This document shows positions 36,843-49,002 of a stretch of DNA of 64,000 nucleotides, one piece after another; the stretch's first letter is position 1; each line of letters begins with the position of its first letter. This stretch comes from Callorhinchus milii. Lineage: Eukaryota. The notes beneath the pieces were generated by a model. It did not search any database. It was not told the DNA's origin and was given only the letters and a program-made list of their open reading frames with translations. The position numbers and the translations under genes are program-made. Where the stretch lies: the NCBI RefSeq assembly GCF_018977255.1, contig NW_024704743.1, forward strand, positions 10,976,001 through 11,040,000. The letters are read 5' to 3'.

Positions 36843-37931
36843 GAACAACAACAACAAAAAGATTCCATTTTTGAGCGCCTTTCACATCGGGAGGACATCC
36901 CAAGGCGCTGGACAGTTGGGGCAGGACCCGAGCAGGGGGGAAATGGTCAGGGTGAGGGGAGGGAAGGGAGGGAGCAAGGAGCGGGTAGAGAGTCGAGAGG
37001 GGAGCGGAAGGCACGGTCAAAGAGAAAGGTCTTGAGACCGGCCTTGAAGAAGGAAAGAGAGGAAGCAAGGCAAAGGCACTGGGGGATGGAATTCGAGAGC
37101 CTGAGGGCTGAGAGGCTGAAGGCCCGGCCACTGATGATAGGGCGGTTGGGGCGGGGAATGTGGAACAGACCGGAGCCAGAGGAACGGAGGGTACGGGCAG
37201 GTAGGTAGGGGGATAGTAGGTCGGAGAGGGAGGAGGGAGCAAGGCCATGAATGGCTTTGTAGATGAGGATGAGGATCTTGAATTCGATCCTCTGGGGGAT
37301 GGGGAGCCAGTGGAGGTGAGCGAGGGTGGGTGTGATGTGGTCCCGGAGCCTGGTGCGGGACAGTACACGAGCTGCAGAGTTCTGAATGACCTGCAGCTTG
37401 TGGAGGGAGGTGCCGGGAAGGCCGGCGAGGAGAGAGTTCCCATAGTCCAGCCTTGAGGTGATAAAGACGTGGACCAGAGTTTCAGCAGCATGAGGGGTGA
37501 GGTAGTGCCGTAGTCTGGCGACATTCCGGAGGTGATGGAAGGCGGTGCCAGTTGTGGCGCGGATATGAGGAAGAAAGGAAAGCTCAGGGTCGAACAGAAG
37601 ACCGAGGTTCCTGACTGGCTTTGAGAGGTGGAGAGTGCAGCCTTGGATGCTGATGCTGTCAGCGCCTGAGGTGCGGAGGCGCTGACGAGAGCCAATCAGG
37701 AGGGCCTCAGTTTTGCGCACATTGAGCTGAAGAAAGTTGTCTCTCATCCAGGACTCGATGTCAGACAGGCAGGCGTCAGGACATCGGTGGTCGTGGAGTT
37801 GAGGGTAGAGGAGGAAAGGTAGAGTTGGGTGTCATCCGCATACATGTGGAAGTTAACCCCATGTCTGCGAATGATATCACCAAGGGGGAGCATATAGAGG
37901 GTGAAGAGGAGGGGACCGAGGACAGAGCCCT
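36843..37931 (-). mobile_element. Young L2 3' fragment with an open 266-aa ORF2 C-terminus
   Basis: [37 protein letters not shown], then one frameshift, then NFLQLNVRKTE..SRLDYGNSLLAGLP..LHWLPIPQRIEFKIL. Confidence 0.95.
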
Positions 37932-38624
37932 CATTAGGTACCACATGTTGGATACCCTTCAAGAAATAAGGACCAGTATACTATGACCAATGGAAGGAGA
38001 TTAGGAGATAGAAAAGCAGGAAGCAAGGAGAACTGAATAGAGTGTTTTTGGTTGGATTGTTTGACTTGTAACTTGTGAGCTGAGAATAAGTAAATTATAA
38101 AGTTACCTTGCAACCAAAAGATCCAATATGGAATGTAGATTGACACACAGACAGACACACAGGCAGACATTTCATCTCTATCTATACTCGTTTGGGAGGA
38201 CTCCTGTGGGTGGATTCCTTTTGGGAGAACTCAGTGACAGGACTTGGTGCTTTAAAAATGTAATTTTGTTACCATGGCTTAGCTTTGTTTGCGTTCTTTA
38301 TTTTGTTCCTGCCACTTGGCTACTTACGTGTTCTGTGAAGCACAATAATACCACAGTGCCACTTTGACTCGCTGGCCACCAGGTGTAACTGCAGAAAAAA
38401 AACGCAAAACTAAAAAGAACTCATGAACGATAGGAGATACCTGAAAACAAATATGCCCAGGTCACTCTCAGTTTCAAGACCTTTCCGATGAGTTATAAAT
38501 CATATCTCTATGTCAATCGGTTATTAAGATCCTTCTTGAAGCACTGACAGACATTGTCATTTTATTAATATAGATAAAGGTAGAAGAAGATAGATAGACG
38601 AAAAAGATAGAAGATATAATTAAT

Positions 38625-38995
38625 TTTTTGAAGGTGGTAGGACAGGTAGATAAAGCTGTTAAAAATAAACAGAGGCATAGAATACAAAAGTCAGGAAGTT
38701 ATAGTGAACCTTTATAAAACATTGATTAGGCCTCAGCTAGAGTTCAGTTCAGTTCTGGGCAACACACTTTAGAAAGGATGTCAAGGCATTGGAGAGGGTG
38801 AAAAGGAGATTTACCAGGATGGTACCAGGAATGAGGAACTTCAGTTATCAGGAGAGGCTAGAGAAGCAAGGATTATTCTCCTTGGAGCAGAGAAGGTTAA
38901 GAGGAGACTTAATAGAAGTTTTCAAAAATATGAGGGGATTCGATAAGATGAACAAGGAGAAACTATTTCCACTGGCGGGTGGGTTGGTAACCCAA
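38625..38995 (+). mobile_element. CR1 ORF2 C-terminal fragment
   Basis: ERVKRRFTRMVPGMRNFSYQERLEKQGLFSLEQRRLRGDLIEVFK. Confidence 0.9.
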
Positions 38996-39804
38996 GAAGA
39001 ATGATCATAGAATCATAGAATCGTACAGCACAAAAAGAGGCCATTCGGCCCATCGAGTTTGTGCCGGCTCTTTGAATAGAGCAATTAATGTCAATCCCAC
39101 TCCCCAGCCCTTTCCCCATAACCCTGCAAACCCGTCCTCCTCAAATACCCGTCCACCACGTTTTTAAAAGTTGTTATCAAATTGGCCTCAACCACCCTTT
39201 CAGGCAATGCGTTCCCGATTCGAACAACTCGCTGCGTGAAACAAATTCTTCTCACCTCCACTCTGCTTCTTTTAGAAACTATTTTGAATCTGTGACCACG
39301 AGTCACCGACGCACCCATTGGTGGAAACAATTCTTCCCTTTCTAACCTATCAAATCCCCTCATGATTAAGTCTCCTCATAACCTTCTCTGCTCCAATGAG
39401 AATAATCCTTTATTTAAACTTTATCCACCCTCTCCGTTACCTCATCGAAAAATTCTATTAGATTTGTTAGACAAGATTTGCCTTCAACAAATCCGTACTG
39501 GCTGTCCCTAATTAACGCATATTCTTCTAAGTGAAGATTTATTATGTCCCCGATTATAGTCTCCAGGAGTTTCCCCACTACTGATGTTAGGCTGACTGAC
39601 CTGTAGTTCCCAGGTTTGTCCTTCTGTCCCTTTTTTGTACAGGGGAGTCACATTGGTCACTCTCCAGTCCTCTGTGTCAAACGGAGATCGAAAAATTGTA
39701 GCCAAAGCCTCCGCTATGTGTACCCTTGCCTCCCATAGTAAACTTGTTTGCATCCCATCCGAACCGGACGACTTATTTACCTTCAGCGCAGTCAACCTTT
39801 TCAG

Positions 39805-40124
39805 TGGAGTCCTGTAGCTCAGTGGTTAGATAACTCACTTCGCAAGTGAGAGACCTTAGTTCAGTTCCCGGCAGGGTGAAAGCTTGGGCAAGTTTCTTCA
39901 CTCCACACGCCTAATAATAATCCCTCCAAAAAACAAAAAACAATAGAAAAATTGGTCATTTTCAATCCATGACTGTTTGTGGGACACTGCTGTGCACAAT
40001 TGGCTGCCGCGTTTGCCCAACAAATATACAGTCAATTCACTTTACAGTATATTCTGTTAAGCGCTTTGGGACGTCTAGAAGACATGAAAAGCGCCATATC
40101 AAATGCAAGGATTATTATTATTAT
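39805..40124 (+). mobile_element. Full-length CORE-like SINE (short variant) within CR1 ORF2
   Basis: Runs from TGGAGTCCTGTAGCTCAGTGGTTAGA to (ATT)n. Confidence 0.92.
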
Positions 40125-40697
40125 AATTACCTATGTCATCCAGGGAGGTTTGGAGCTTTTCCCTTTTGTGGGAATGTATGTATCTATTTATTCTGTCCCT
40201 GAACTATCTCATCCTTGAAGACTTCCCTCTGCTGCTTAGTTGTTTTATCTGCCAATCTTTCTTTCCAGTTCACCTTGGCTAGGTCCCTTTTTAACTCACT
40301 GAAATTTGCCCTCTTCCAGTTGAGTATCTTCACCTTAGATGGTTCCTTGTCACTTTCCATATGCACTCTGAATCGAATGATGTTATGATCATTATTGCCC
40401 AAATGCTCTCCCACTGAAACCTGCTCCACTTGCCCTACTTCATTCCCCAGAACTAGATCTAGCACTGCTTCCTTCCTTATTGGGCTGGAAACTTACTGAT
40501 CAAGAAAGTTGTCCTGTATGTACTTTAGGAATATTTCCCCCTCCTTGCCCTTTGCGCTGTTGTTTGCCCAGTCTATGTTGGGATAATTAAAGTCCCCCAT
40601 TATCACTACTCTATTGGGCATCTGTCTGAGATCTGCTTGCAGATCTGCTCATCTATTTCTTTCCCACTATTTAGTGGTCTATAGTATACCCCTACCA

Positions 40698-40901
40698 ATA
40701 ATAATCCCTCCAAAACCAAAAACAATAATAAAAAAAAATTGGTCATTTTCAATCTACGACTGTTTGTGGGACATTGCTGTGCTGCCGCGTTCGCCCACAA
40801 ATATACAGTCAATTCACTTTACAGTGTGTTCTGTGAAGCGCTTTGGGACATCCTCCCGACGTGAAAAGCGCTATATCAAATGTAAGGATTATTATTATTA
40901 T
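40698..40901 (+). mobile_element. 5'-truncated young SINE with TSD TACCA in the CR1 APE domain
   Basis: TACCA at 40693-40697 and 40902-40906. Removing the insert restores AVTLVGVYYRP. Confidence 0.92.
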
Positions 40902-42689
40902 TACCAGCGTAACAGCTCCTTTTTTGTTCCTTAACTCTAACCAGATAGATTCCATTTGGGGACCCTCCAGCACCTCGATCCTTTCCACGGCTATAACCGT
41001 ATCCTTGATTAACATTGCCACACCGCCTCCTTTTTTTCCTTCCCTATCCCTCCTGAATACATTGTAGCCAGGAATATTCAGCTCCCATTCCTGTCCTTGC
41101 TTGAGCCAAGTCTCTGTTACTGCTACTACATCGTATCCTCCTATGACCACTTGAGCCTGCAGCTCACCAATCTTGTTTGCTAAACTCCCTGCATTTAGGC
41201 ACATGCACTCCAAGACCGACTTGACCTGTTCTGCACGTCTCCCCTGTTTATTTCTCCATTTTCTAGCTCTCCGTTTTTTGCGTTCCCTTCCCCCTCAAAA
41301 CTAGTTTAAACCCTCCCCAACAGCATTAGTTAGCCTGTCTGCAAGGACCCTCGCCCCAGACCTGTTTAGGTGCAACCCATCCATATGGTACAGGTCCCAC
41401 CTGCCCCAGAACTGGTCCCAATGATCCAGAAACTTGAAGCCCTCTTTTCTGGACCATTTCTCCACCCAAGCTTTCATATGCTTGATCCTGCTATTCTGGT
41501 ACTTATTTGCCCGAGGTATAGGGAGTACTCCAGAGATCGCCACCTTGGATGTTCGATTCTTTAGTATGTTCCCCAGCCTTTGATATTGACCCTGTAGAGT
41601 CTCAGCCCCTTTTTTTACCAATATCATGGATCCCCACCTGTACCACCACTTCTGGATGTTCGCCTTCCCCCTGAAGAATTTTATCCACCCTTTCTGCGAT
41701 GTCTAAGACTGTAGCACCAGGGAGGCGACATAACATCCATAACTCCCGTCTTCTGTTACAGAAACATCAGTCTATACCTCTCACTGTTGTATGCCCTATG
41801 ACAACAGCATTACTCCTGTTACCTTATACTGTTCTCCCTGGAGATATCCACACTCTCAATGTTCAATACGGAGTACTGGTTTGAGAGTGTTACACTATTG
41901 GGGGCATTCTGCCCAGCCCGTCCCCTCCTCCTACCATGCCGGACAGTCACCCAGCCATTTTCCATCTGAGCCCTTGGTGTGTGGGGTGGGGTAACCACCT
42001 CTTGAGGTGTCTGGTCCATCAAATACTCACATCCGTTGATCAAATTTGAAGCCAAAGGCTCCATCACCCCTCTCTCAGGGGTCCCATTATCTGCAGGACT
42101 GATGAAACCATCTTGTCCCTGAGCATTAACCAGATGCAAGCATCTCCCGAATCTCAGGTGAGTGGTGGTTTCCTCCATCATACTGTCCAGGAACCTCTCA
42201 CTGTCCCTGATGGAGCGCAGTGTCTGCACCTCGGCTTCCAGCTCAGCTACTCTCACCTGGAGCTTCCTAAGTTGCAGACATTTGCTGCAGATGAAGTTGC
42301 CCGGGCTCAGGACCCTCCATTAACTCCCACATGTCATAGTCCTCGCATTTCACTTGCCACATCATCTTCTCACACAGTGTTTTCTATATTTTTTTATTTT
42401 TTGTTTTTTTTGTTTTAATTTGCCGTCAGTGTTGTAGTTTCTGACAGTTTGTCGATGTTTGTCCTTGGTTCTGCTGTTGAAAAATGACGTCACACCACCG
42501 TCACTTTTTCTTTTTTTTCGTCGCTCCGACAGTTCAGATAGCTTACCTCAGCCTCCGCTCTGTTCTGATTGCTCTCCCCGAGTGACCGAGTGCTTACCTC
42601 CACCGCTCCTTTTATGTTGATTGCTAGGTCCAGGCTCTGCCTCCGCTCTGACCTGATTGCTCTCCCCGAGTGACCATGATTTAACATAG

Positions 42690-42950
42690 TGGTTAAACAG
42701 AGGGGAGGTGAGGAGAAATGTTTTCACATAGCAAGTTCTATGGATCTGGAATGCATGGCCTGAAAGGGTGGTGGAAGCCGATTCGTTAACAACTTTTAAG
42801 AAAGGAGTAGCTAATTATTTGGGGAGAGCAAGTTTGCAGGACTATGGGGAGACCGCGGGGGAGTGGGATTAATTTGGATAGCTCTTTCCAAAGAGCCGGC
42901 ACAGACCCGATGAACCGAATGGTCTCCTTCTGTGCTGTATAATTCTATGA
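42690..42950 (+). mobile_element. CR1 3' end
   Basis: RRNVFT..WNAWPERVVEA and a 3' UTR ending ATTCTATG. Confidence 0.85.
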
Positions 42951-43854
42951 ATAAAACAGGTTTCTACACATTGAGTGTAAAGGACAAACAACAGAGGATG
43001 CAACATATTGTATCACAATTTACCATGTTGGTGTATGCTTTACAGATGCCACAGGCTAGTGGGAGGATTAAAATAGCATGTGATCTGAAGGCATAACGGA
43101 ATTTGAGAGCAGAGAATTTGCCAAATAGTTGTGTCTGTCAACACAGAAGCAAATGTTAAAGTAACTCAGAAAAAATGGGACAAGGCATTGGACCCTGCCG
43201 AAGTGACAATGCTTCTTGATGGTGTCTTCCATTGGGAATTCATCATGCTTAATCCTAAGGATTCACTATTGGACTTGAAAATGGGAAAATACGTTTCTAT
43301 CACAGGTTCGAGCTGATAGACCCAAGATGCCAGAAAGAGCTGCTGTAAAATAAAAAGGGAACTCACAATTCAGAGAATGCAAATCAAACCATCTGGCACA
43401 TTGTTTCTGTTCCCATAGTCAATTGTACTAGAAATTTTGTCTAAAAAGAGCATGGGAGAGGGATATAAATAACCAAACACATAAAAATGACCTTTTTAAA
43501 GTTGTGATTACAGAACAAATCCTTACAAAAGTGAAAAGAGAAAAACAAATGCAAATGATTGGAATAAAATCTTGTCTTTGCTGGGTTTGAGGTTTGTTTC
43601 CCCGCCGGAGTCTGGTGACTTAGAAGAATGAGAGAGGAGAGGAAATGAAGTTGAAAAAGGCTGGGACAAAATAATAGCAAATTACATGGGCTGTGGAGAA
43701 GATGTTTCCCAGGCATGCTTAATTAATGTATTTCATCATGGTTGTATAGCATAATGTTTCTAAGTTTGGTAGTTTGGACTGGAAAAGAAGATGTAATTGT
43801 GAGTGTGAGTGTGTGTGTGAGTATAGGGTTGGGGTGGGAGTTAACAATAATACT

Positions 43855-44244
43855 ACTAATAATAAGAAGAATCCTTGCATTTGATATTGAACCTTATCAA
43901 CGTCATTGAGACGTCTCAAAGCATTTCACAGAATATGATGTAAAGCGAATCGACTGAAAAATGTTCTGCGCGAAACATAGCAATGCACAGCAGTGTCCCA
44001 CAAACAGTCGTGGATTGAGTGACCAAATTATTACCATTTATTTTATGATTTTTTTGGGGGGAGAGATTATTACCCCCAGTAAGCGATCCGCCAATTGACT
44101 GACAACCGGGTTCCTATTTACTGCTAGGTAAACAGAGGCATGTGGGGTAAGGAAACTTGCCAAAGATTTTGCCTGCCCAGGAATCAAACCCGGGTCCTCT
44201 TGTTTGCCAGGCAAGTGCTCCAACCAATACAGTACAGGACTCCA
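43855..44244 (-). mobile_element. CORE-like SINE, long variant
   Basis: Complete reverse-complement copy. Confidence 0.88.
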
Positions 44245-44249
44245 CAAAT

Positions 44250-44710
44250 TATATGCGCAAAGAGCATGCTGACAACTTGCTTCATTTGAATGTTTACAAA
44301 ACTGAAGCAATCCCATTCAACTCTCAACGGCACCTCCTCACCTCTGGTTCCGATGTTATCCACCATATCTGCTAGCTCCACCTTATGGACCCAGTGTACC
44401 CTACCTCAGGATTTTGATACACTGTCACTTCTCCTTTTAAGCCTTTTGTGCAGTCCCTGACCAAGCCCACTTTCTTCCATCTCCACAAGATCACCCGTCT
44501 CCACCAGACTATCATCCCAACTGAGCCAATTCATCTCCAGACTTGATTTCTCCAATGCCATTTTTTTTTCCTTGCCAACATTCGTATCACAACCTTCACA
44601 CACTCCAAACTATCTACAGCTGTGTAGCTCTGCATCCTGTCCTGCACAAGGTTGTGTCAGCCCATCACCTCCATCCTCTCCAGGCTTCATTGGCTCCCTA
44701 TTCCCCAGTG
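44250..44710 (+). mobile_element. Old L2 ORF2 C-terminal fragment
   Basis: DNLLHLNVYKTEAI and a degenerate LHWLP tract. Confidence 0.6.
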
Positions 44711-46249
44711 GATCATAATATTTTGCATTTGATATAGGACCCTTCATGTCACAAGGAAATCTCAAAGCACTTTGTGGGATGCATTGCAAAGTGCAGTGAC
44801 TGTATGATCCATATTCTAACTTCCAAATACCTCCACACACATACACTTTGTACCTGTACACAGTAAATTCAATGTGATTGTTATTTGAAAATAATTCCCA
44901 TGTTTCAATATCAAGGGTTGATTTTTGCTCCATCTGCTAATGTGCATACTGCAGTTGTAACATTTTCCTCACACTGATTCTTAAGTTCTTACTGCAAGCT
45001 TATTATTGAGAGAATTTACAATTCACAATTTGGACTTTCTACAACAAAGTCCTCATTTACAATACACATTCCTTACTGTTTCTTCATCTTAATTCCACAC
45101 TGAATTCCACACTGGAGTCCACCTATAAAATATCAAGTGTTTATCAAATGCATTTTAGAGGTGTAATACTTTCAGGACTGCTGCCAGCAAATAATAAATT
45201 GTGTGTTTTATTCTATTAATGCATTAAAGTGCAGGGAATAGTGCTGTGAATCGGCAGTCAGCGTTTGACAGCTACTGCATATGTAGGGGGTGGGGGTTGG
45301 GGGGTGGAAATGTTGCTTTTCCCTTTTTTTTATTGTGTGTTAGCCCAACTGTCTGCAAGACAATTTAATTGCCAGGAAGCTGACTTGGAAAGAATGGACA
45401 GTTGGCTGCTGCCAGAAAACCCCCAATAATTGGAACCTTGGCAAGTGACAAAAGAACAACCTATTGGCAATGTAAAAGGGAGCTGGGTTTAGAAATCTTT
45501 TTTTTAGCGACCAGTGTAGAGACCTTTACTTCAAGCTGACCACAAAATGCTTACGAGCATCCAAAACAATCTCCAGACTTCACTGTCAAAATATAAAAGA
45601 AACTAGGGAGGGTGATTTGGGGAGGAAGAGAATGGAGGGAGGGAGGTGGTTCAAAGACGGAGGGGAGGAACATCATTTCAAATATTTTGTCCGCAGAACA
45701 AATTCCTTTCAGTGATGAGGGAGTGCTGGAGGCTTTTCAGGTAATTCACAAAGGTTTTTTTTAAAGAAATAAAAATGTAATCAACAAACGATCCCCTCTG
45801 GTACAGCTATTATTGCATCCCTTTTATGGAATTGTGAGAACCAACATGCAGGAAGGAAGTCATTGCAGGTGTGTGCTACAATTACCATTCTGGAACAATA
45901 CAGCATCTCCCTGAATGAATGCACTTACTGTGGTGGTTAGTTCTCTGGCTCTATAGCGCAGGCAGATGCTGGTTAGCTTTTGTAGGGCATGTACCTTCAC
46001 AGATTTTTATGGCTGTTCCAATTCCCCCTTCCTCTTTGTGGTGCAAGACAAAACACACACTCACTGCACTTTACAGTATATCCCGTGAATATATACCTTT
46101 GGGACATCCGATACAAAAAATGCTATATCAAAATTAAGGATTATTATTAAGAGACTGAGCAGGGAGTACAGTACGTTAGAGATGTGCCTTGGGAAAGGAA
46201 GCTCATTGATTTTGTTTGTGAAATCTTTTTTAAACACAATCTCATTATA

Positions 46250-46810
46250 TAATTATTTGGGAGGACAGGTTTGCAGGACTATGGGGAAAGAGCTGGAGAG
46301 TGGGATTGATTTGGATAGCTCTTTTCAAAGAGCCGGCACAGACACGATGGGCCAAATGGTCTCCTTCCGTCCTGTATACTTTTATGATTCTATGATTCAC
46401 TGAAGTTTGAAAAATTCTGACTGACTATCTAAAAATAAGAATCATAATCCTTCTGTTTGATATTATGCTTTTCATGTCAGGAGGACATCTGAAAGGTAAT
46501 TACTGTGAAGTGTAGTGACTGTGAATTTGGTGGGAAAAACAAAGTAGCCAATTTGCGTACAACAATGTTCCACAAACAGTCATGAAATGAATGACTGATT
46601 TTATCTGGGGGATTTTGGCCAAGGACATCTTCTCTTTTTGAATAGTGCTGCAGGATCTTTAATATCCACAGGAAGAGGCAGACCTCAAGGACCTCAGTTT
46701 AATGTCTCATTCTAGGTACGGCACCTCCAATATGCAATAATTCAACACTGGACTGGAGTGAGTTCAAAGTGCCAATATGGGGCTTGAACACATAGCCTTC
46801 TAACCAACTG
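46250..46810. mobile_element. CR1 3' UTR (+, 46250-46397) and Deu-domain SINE (-, 46440-46810)
   Basis: The CR1 tail matches 42810-42950. The SINE matches 1088-1515. Confidence 0.7.
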
Positions 46811-47164
46811 AGGAAGGGTTCCTTAAAAATCCCTGGCTTCACAAGTCTGTATTACAGATGTCCAACTTCCTGCAATTTACAATAAGCATTGTTATTGAAC
46901 GAATTGTATAATGAGATCTTCATTTGTAAGCATTGTTAAACAACAGTCACACAGGATATCAAGGAAGCTGACTTACAGAGGGGTTCCTGCCGAAGGACAA
47001 GTGGCAGACACAACACAATTCAGGCAAGTTCATTCACAAAGCTGTTCTTGTAAAACAATGCTAGGCTCATTCAGTCCGCCACCATCTTTGCAAGAACAAC
47101 TCACACACTTTGTTTGGGATGGACATCTCAAAGTGCTTTACTAATAACAATCATTGCTTCTATG

Positions 47165-47552
47165 TGGAGTCCTGTAGCTCAGTGGTTAGAGCACTCGCTC
47201 ACGAGAGACCTGGGTTTGATTTCTGGCAGGGCAAAATATTGGGCAAGTTTCCTTACTCCACACATTTCTGTTTACCTAGCAGTAAGGAGGAACCCGATTG
47301 TTAGTCAATTCATGATTGCTTTTCCGGGGGTAATAATTCCTTCAAAACAAAAAAAATTCAATAAGTAATAATAATTATTTGGTGACTCAATCCACAAGTG
47401 TTTGTGGAACATTCCTGTGTGCAACTGACTGCCATTTTTCGCCCACAAAAATGCAATCAATTCACTTTACAGTATATTCTGTGAAGCGCTTTGAGATGTC
47501 TTGAAGATGTGATAAATCGCTATATCAAATGCAAGGATCATTATTATTATAT
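47165..47552 (+). mobile_element. Full-length CORE-like SINE, long variant
   Basis: Head, core, 3' domain and tail all present. Confidence 0.9.
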
Positions 47553-49002
47553 TATATCTAGCATAGGCCTTGCCTGCAGCAATGCTTGTGAACAGGAGTG
47601 CCTTGCTCTGAGGTTAGCGCAGAATTGCCAGACAATGATATCAATGGCAATCTATGTGGTTTTAGCTGGTTAGCCTCCACCAGTGCACAATCTAGGGTCC
47701 CCAAGCTTCAACTCCTGTCAAATTGCTCGTAACACTTTCCGAGATTGGGTAAAGACAGTGTGTCCCTCCTGGGAGAGAGTGATTAATTTAGAGTAATTTT
47801 GATTGATTCCCATCATTAATTAGCCTTTGAGGAAAGAAAAACTTCCTGGTGCCTGTCTTGAAATAGCCTTTTGGAACACTAAACCTATATCTCTTGTTCC
47901 ACTGTTTTAGTGCAGCGAAATAAAATATTGTTATGGATTTACTTTCTCACTCCTATTGAAAATTTTATACATCTGTATATGTTCCCCTCTAGCCCATCTT
48001 CTCTGAAAACTGAAGAGCCCCAGCTCGTTTAATCGTTGCTCATAGCTCATTCCTTGTAGTGTGTTTCTGAAGTTAATGTTGAAGTAAATTGTACTGTGTA
48101 CTGTGAAAGGAACTGTACTCTGTCTCTAACCTGTCCTATTCCTGGCCTGGAAATGCTTGACTCTGAGTATAAAATATGGGAGTATTTTCTATTCCCAGGA
48201 TTTACATTCCTTATCTAGATAAGAACAAAATATTATACAACAAAATAAGCACTAGAAATACTAAGCATTCCATTGCTGTATCTGGAATATAAACAGGCTC
48301 AAGAACTAACTGGCCTGGCAGGGTGATGTAAAGATGCAAACCTACATATTGTTGTTGGCTTGCCATGCTTTTGAATATTAAGTTAACATTTAAGCGCAAG
48401 ACCTATTTATAAAACGTGCTTTCCCCCTGTACAAAGTACATTGACGTGTGAAGTTCCCAGTTCGTAATTCACAGTGTGCAGCTTTCAATTTTCAAATGGT
48501 TGAATTAATATCTCAGTAATTAAATCACACCCAGCTGTTTGAGGAATGGTTCAAAGAACTTGGTTTGCCAAATATCCTTTGAAACCGAATCCTCAGTGTT
48601 GTTTCATGTAAATGTTTTTGTGTCAGAAAATATGGTCAAATGGCCCAGGATCTCATGCAATAATTATACTAGAATGACAAATCCATTCACTTATTAATCA
48701 TGTATCCTGATTAGGAATAATAATAATAATCCTTACATTTCATATAGTACCTTTCACGTCAGGAGGACACCTCAAAGCGCTTCACAGGATATACTATAAA
48801 GTAGAGTGACTGTGTGTTTTGTGGGCTGGATGTGCTACACCTTCAACTATAAATCCTTTCACTCCCTAGCACCTCCCTATCTTTCTAATCTTCTCCTACC
48901 CAATTCCTGTACTCACCCTTGCGGTTTCCCTAACTCGGGCTGACTGTACATTCCTGTCTCTTCAGTGGCCGAGATTTTGGCTTCCATGTTCCTAACCTGT
49001 GG

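Larger units (their letters stand above)
39004..42690 (-). mobile_element. CR1 LINE with 5' UTR, ORF1 (Zn finger + SGNH esterase), APE, deleted RT core and 3' UTR
   Basis: RVAELEAEVQTLRSIRD; ISGVLP..FLDHWDQFWGRWDLYHMDGLHLNRSG; MECMCLNAGSLANK..AVTETWL; GVYYRP; LDLVLGNE..NDHNII; (ATTCTATG)-type tail at 39004-39025. Confidence 0.95.

Noticed and set aside
36754..37695. 313-aa Ser/Pro-rich ORF, and similar ORFs at 32636-33211 and 23642-24136
   Set aside because: Alternative reading frame of GC-rich L2 ORF2; no independent protein features.
39805..39875. tRNA-like sequences with A/B boxes (also at 293, 47165, 58756 and 18182)
   Set aside because: These are SINE heads that continue into SINE bodies; no proper acceptor stem or terminator, so not tRNA genes.
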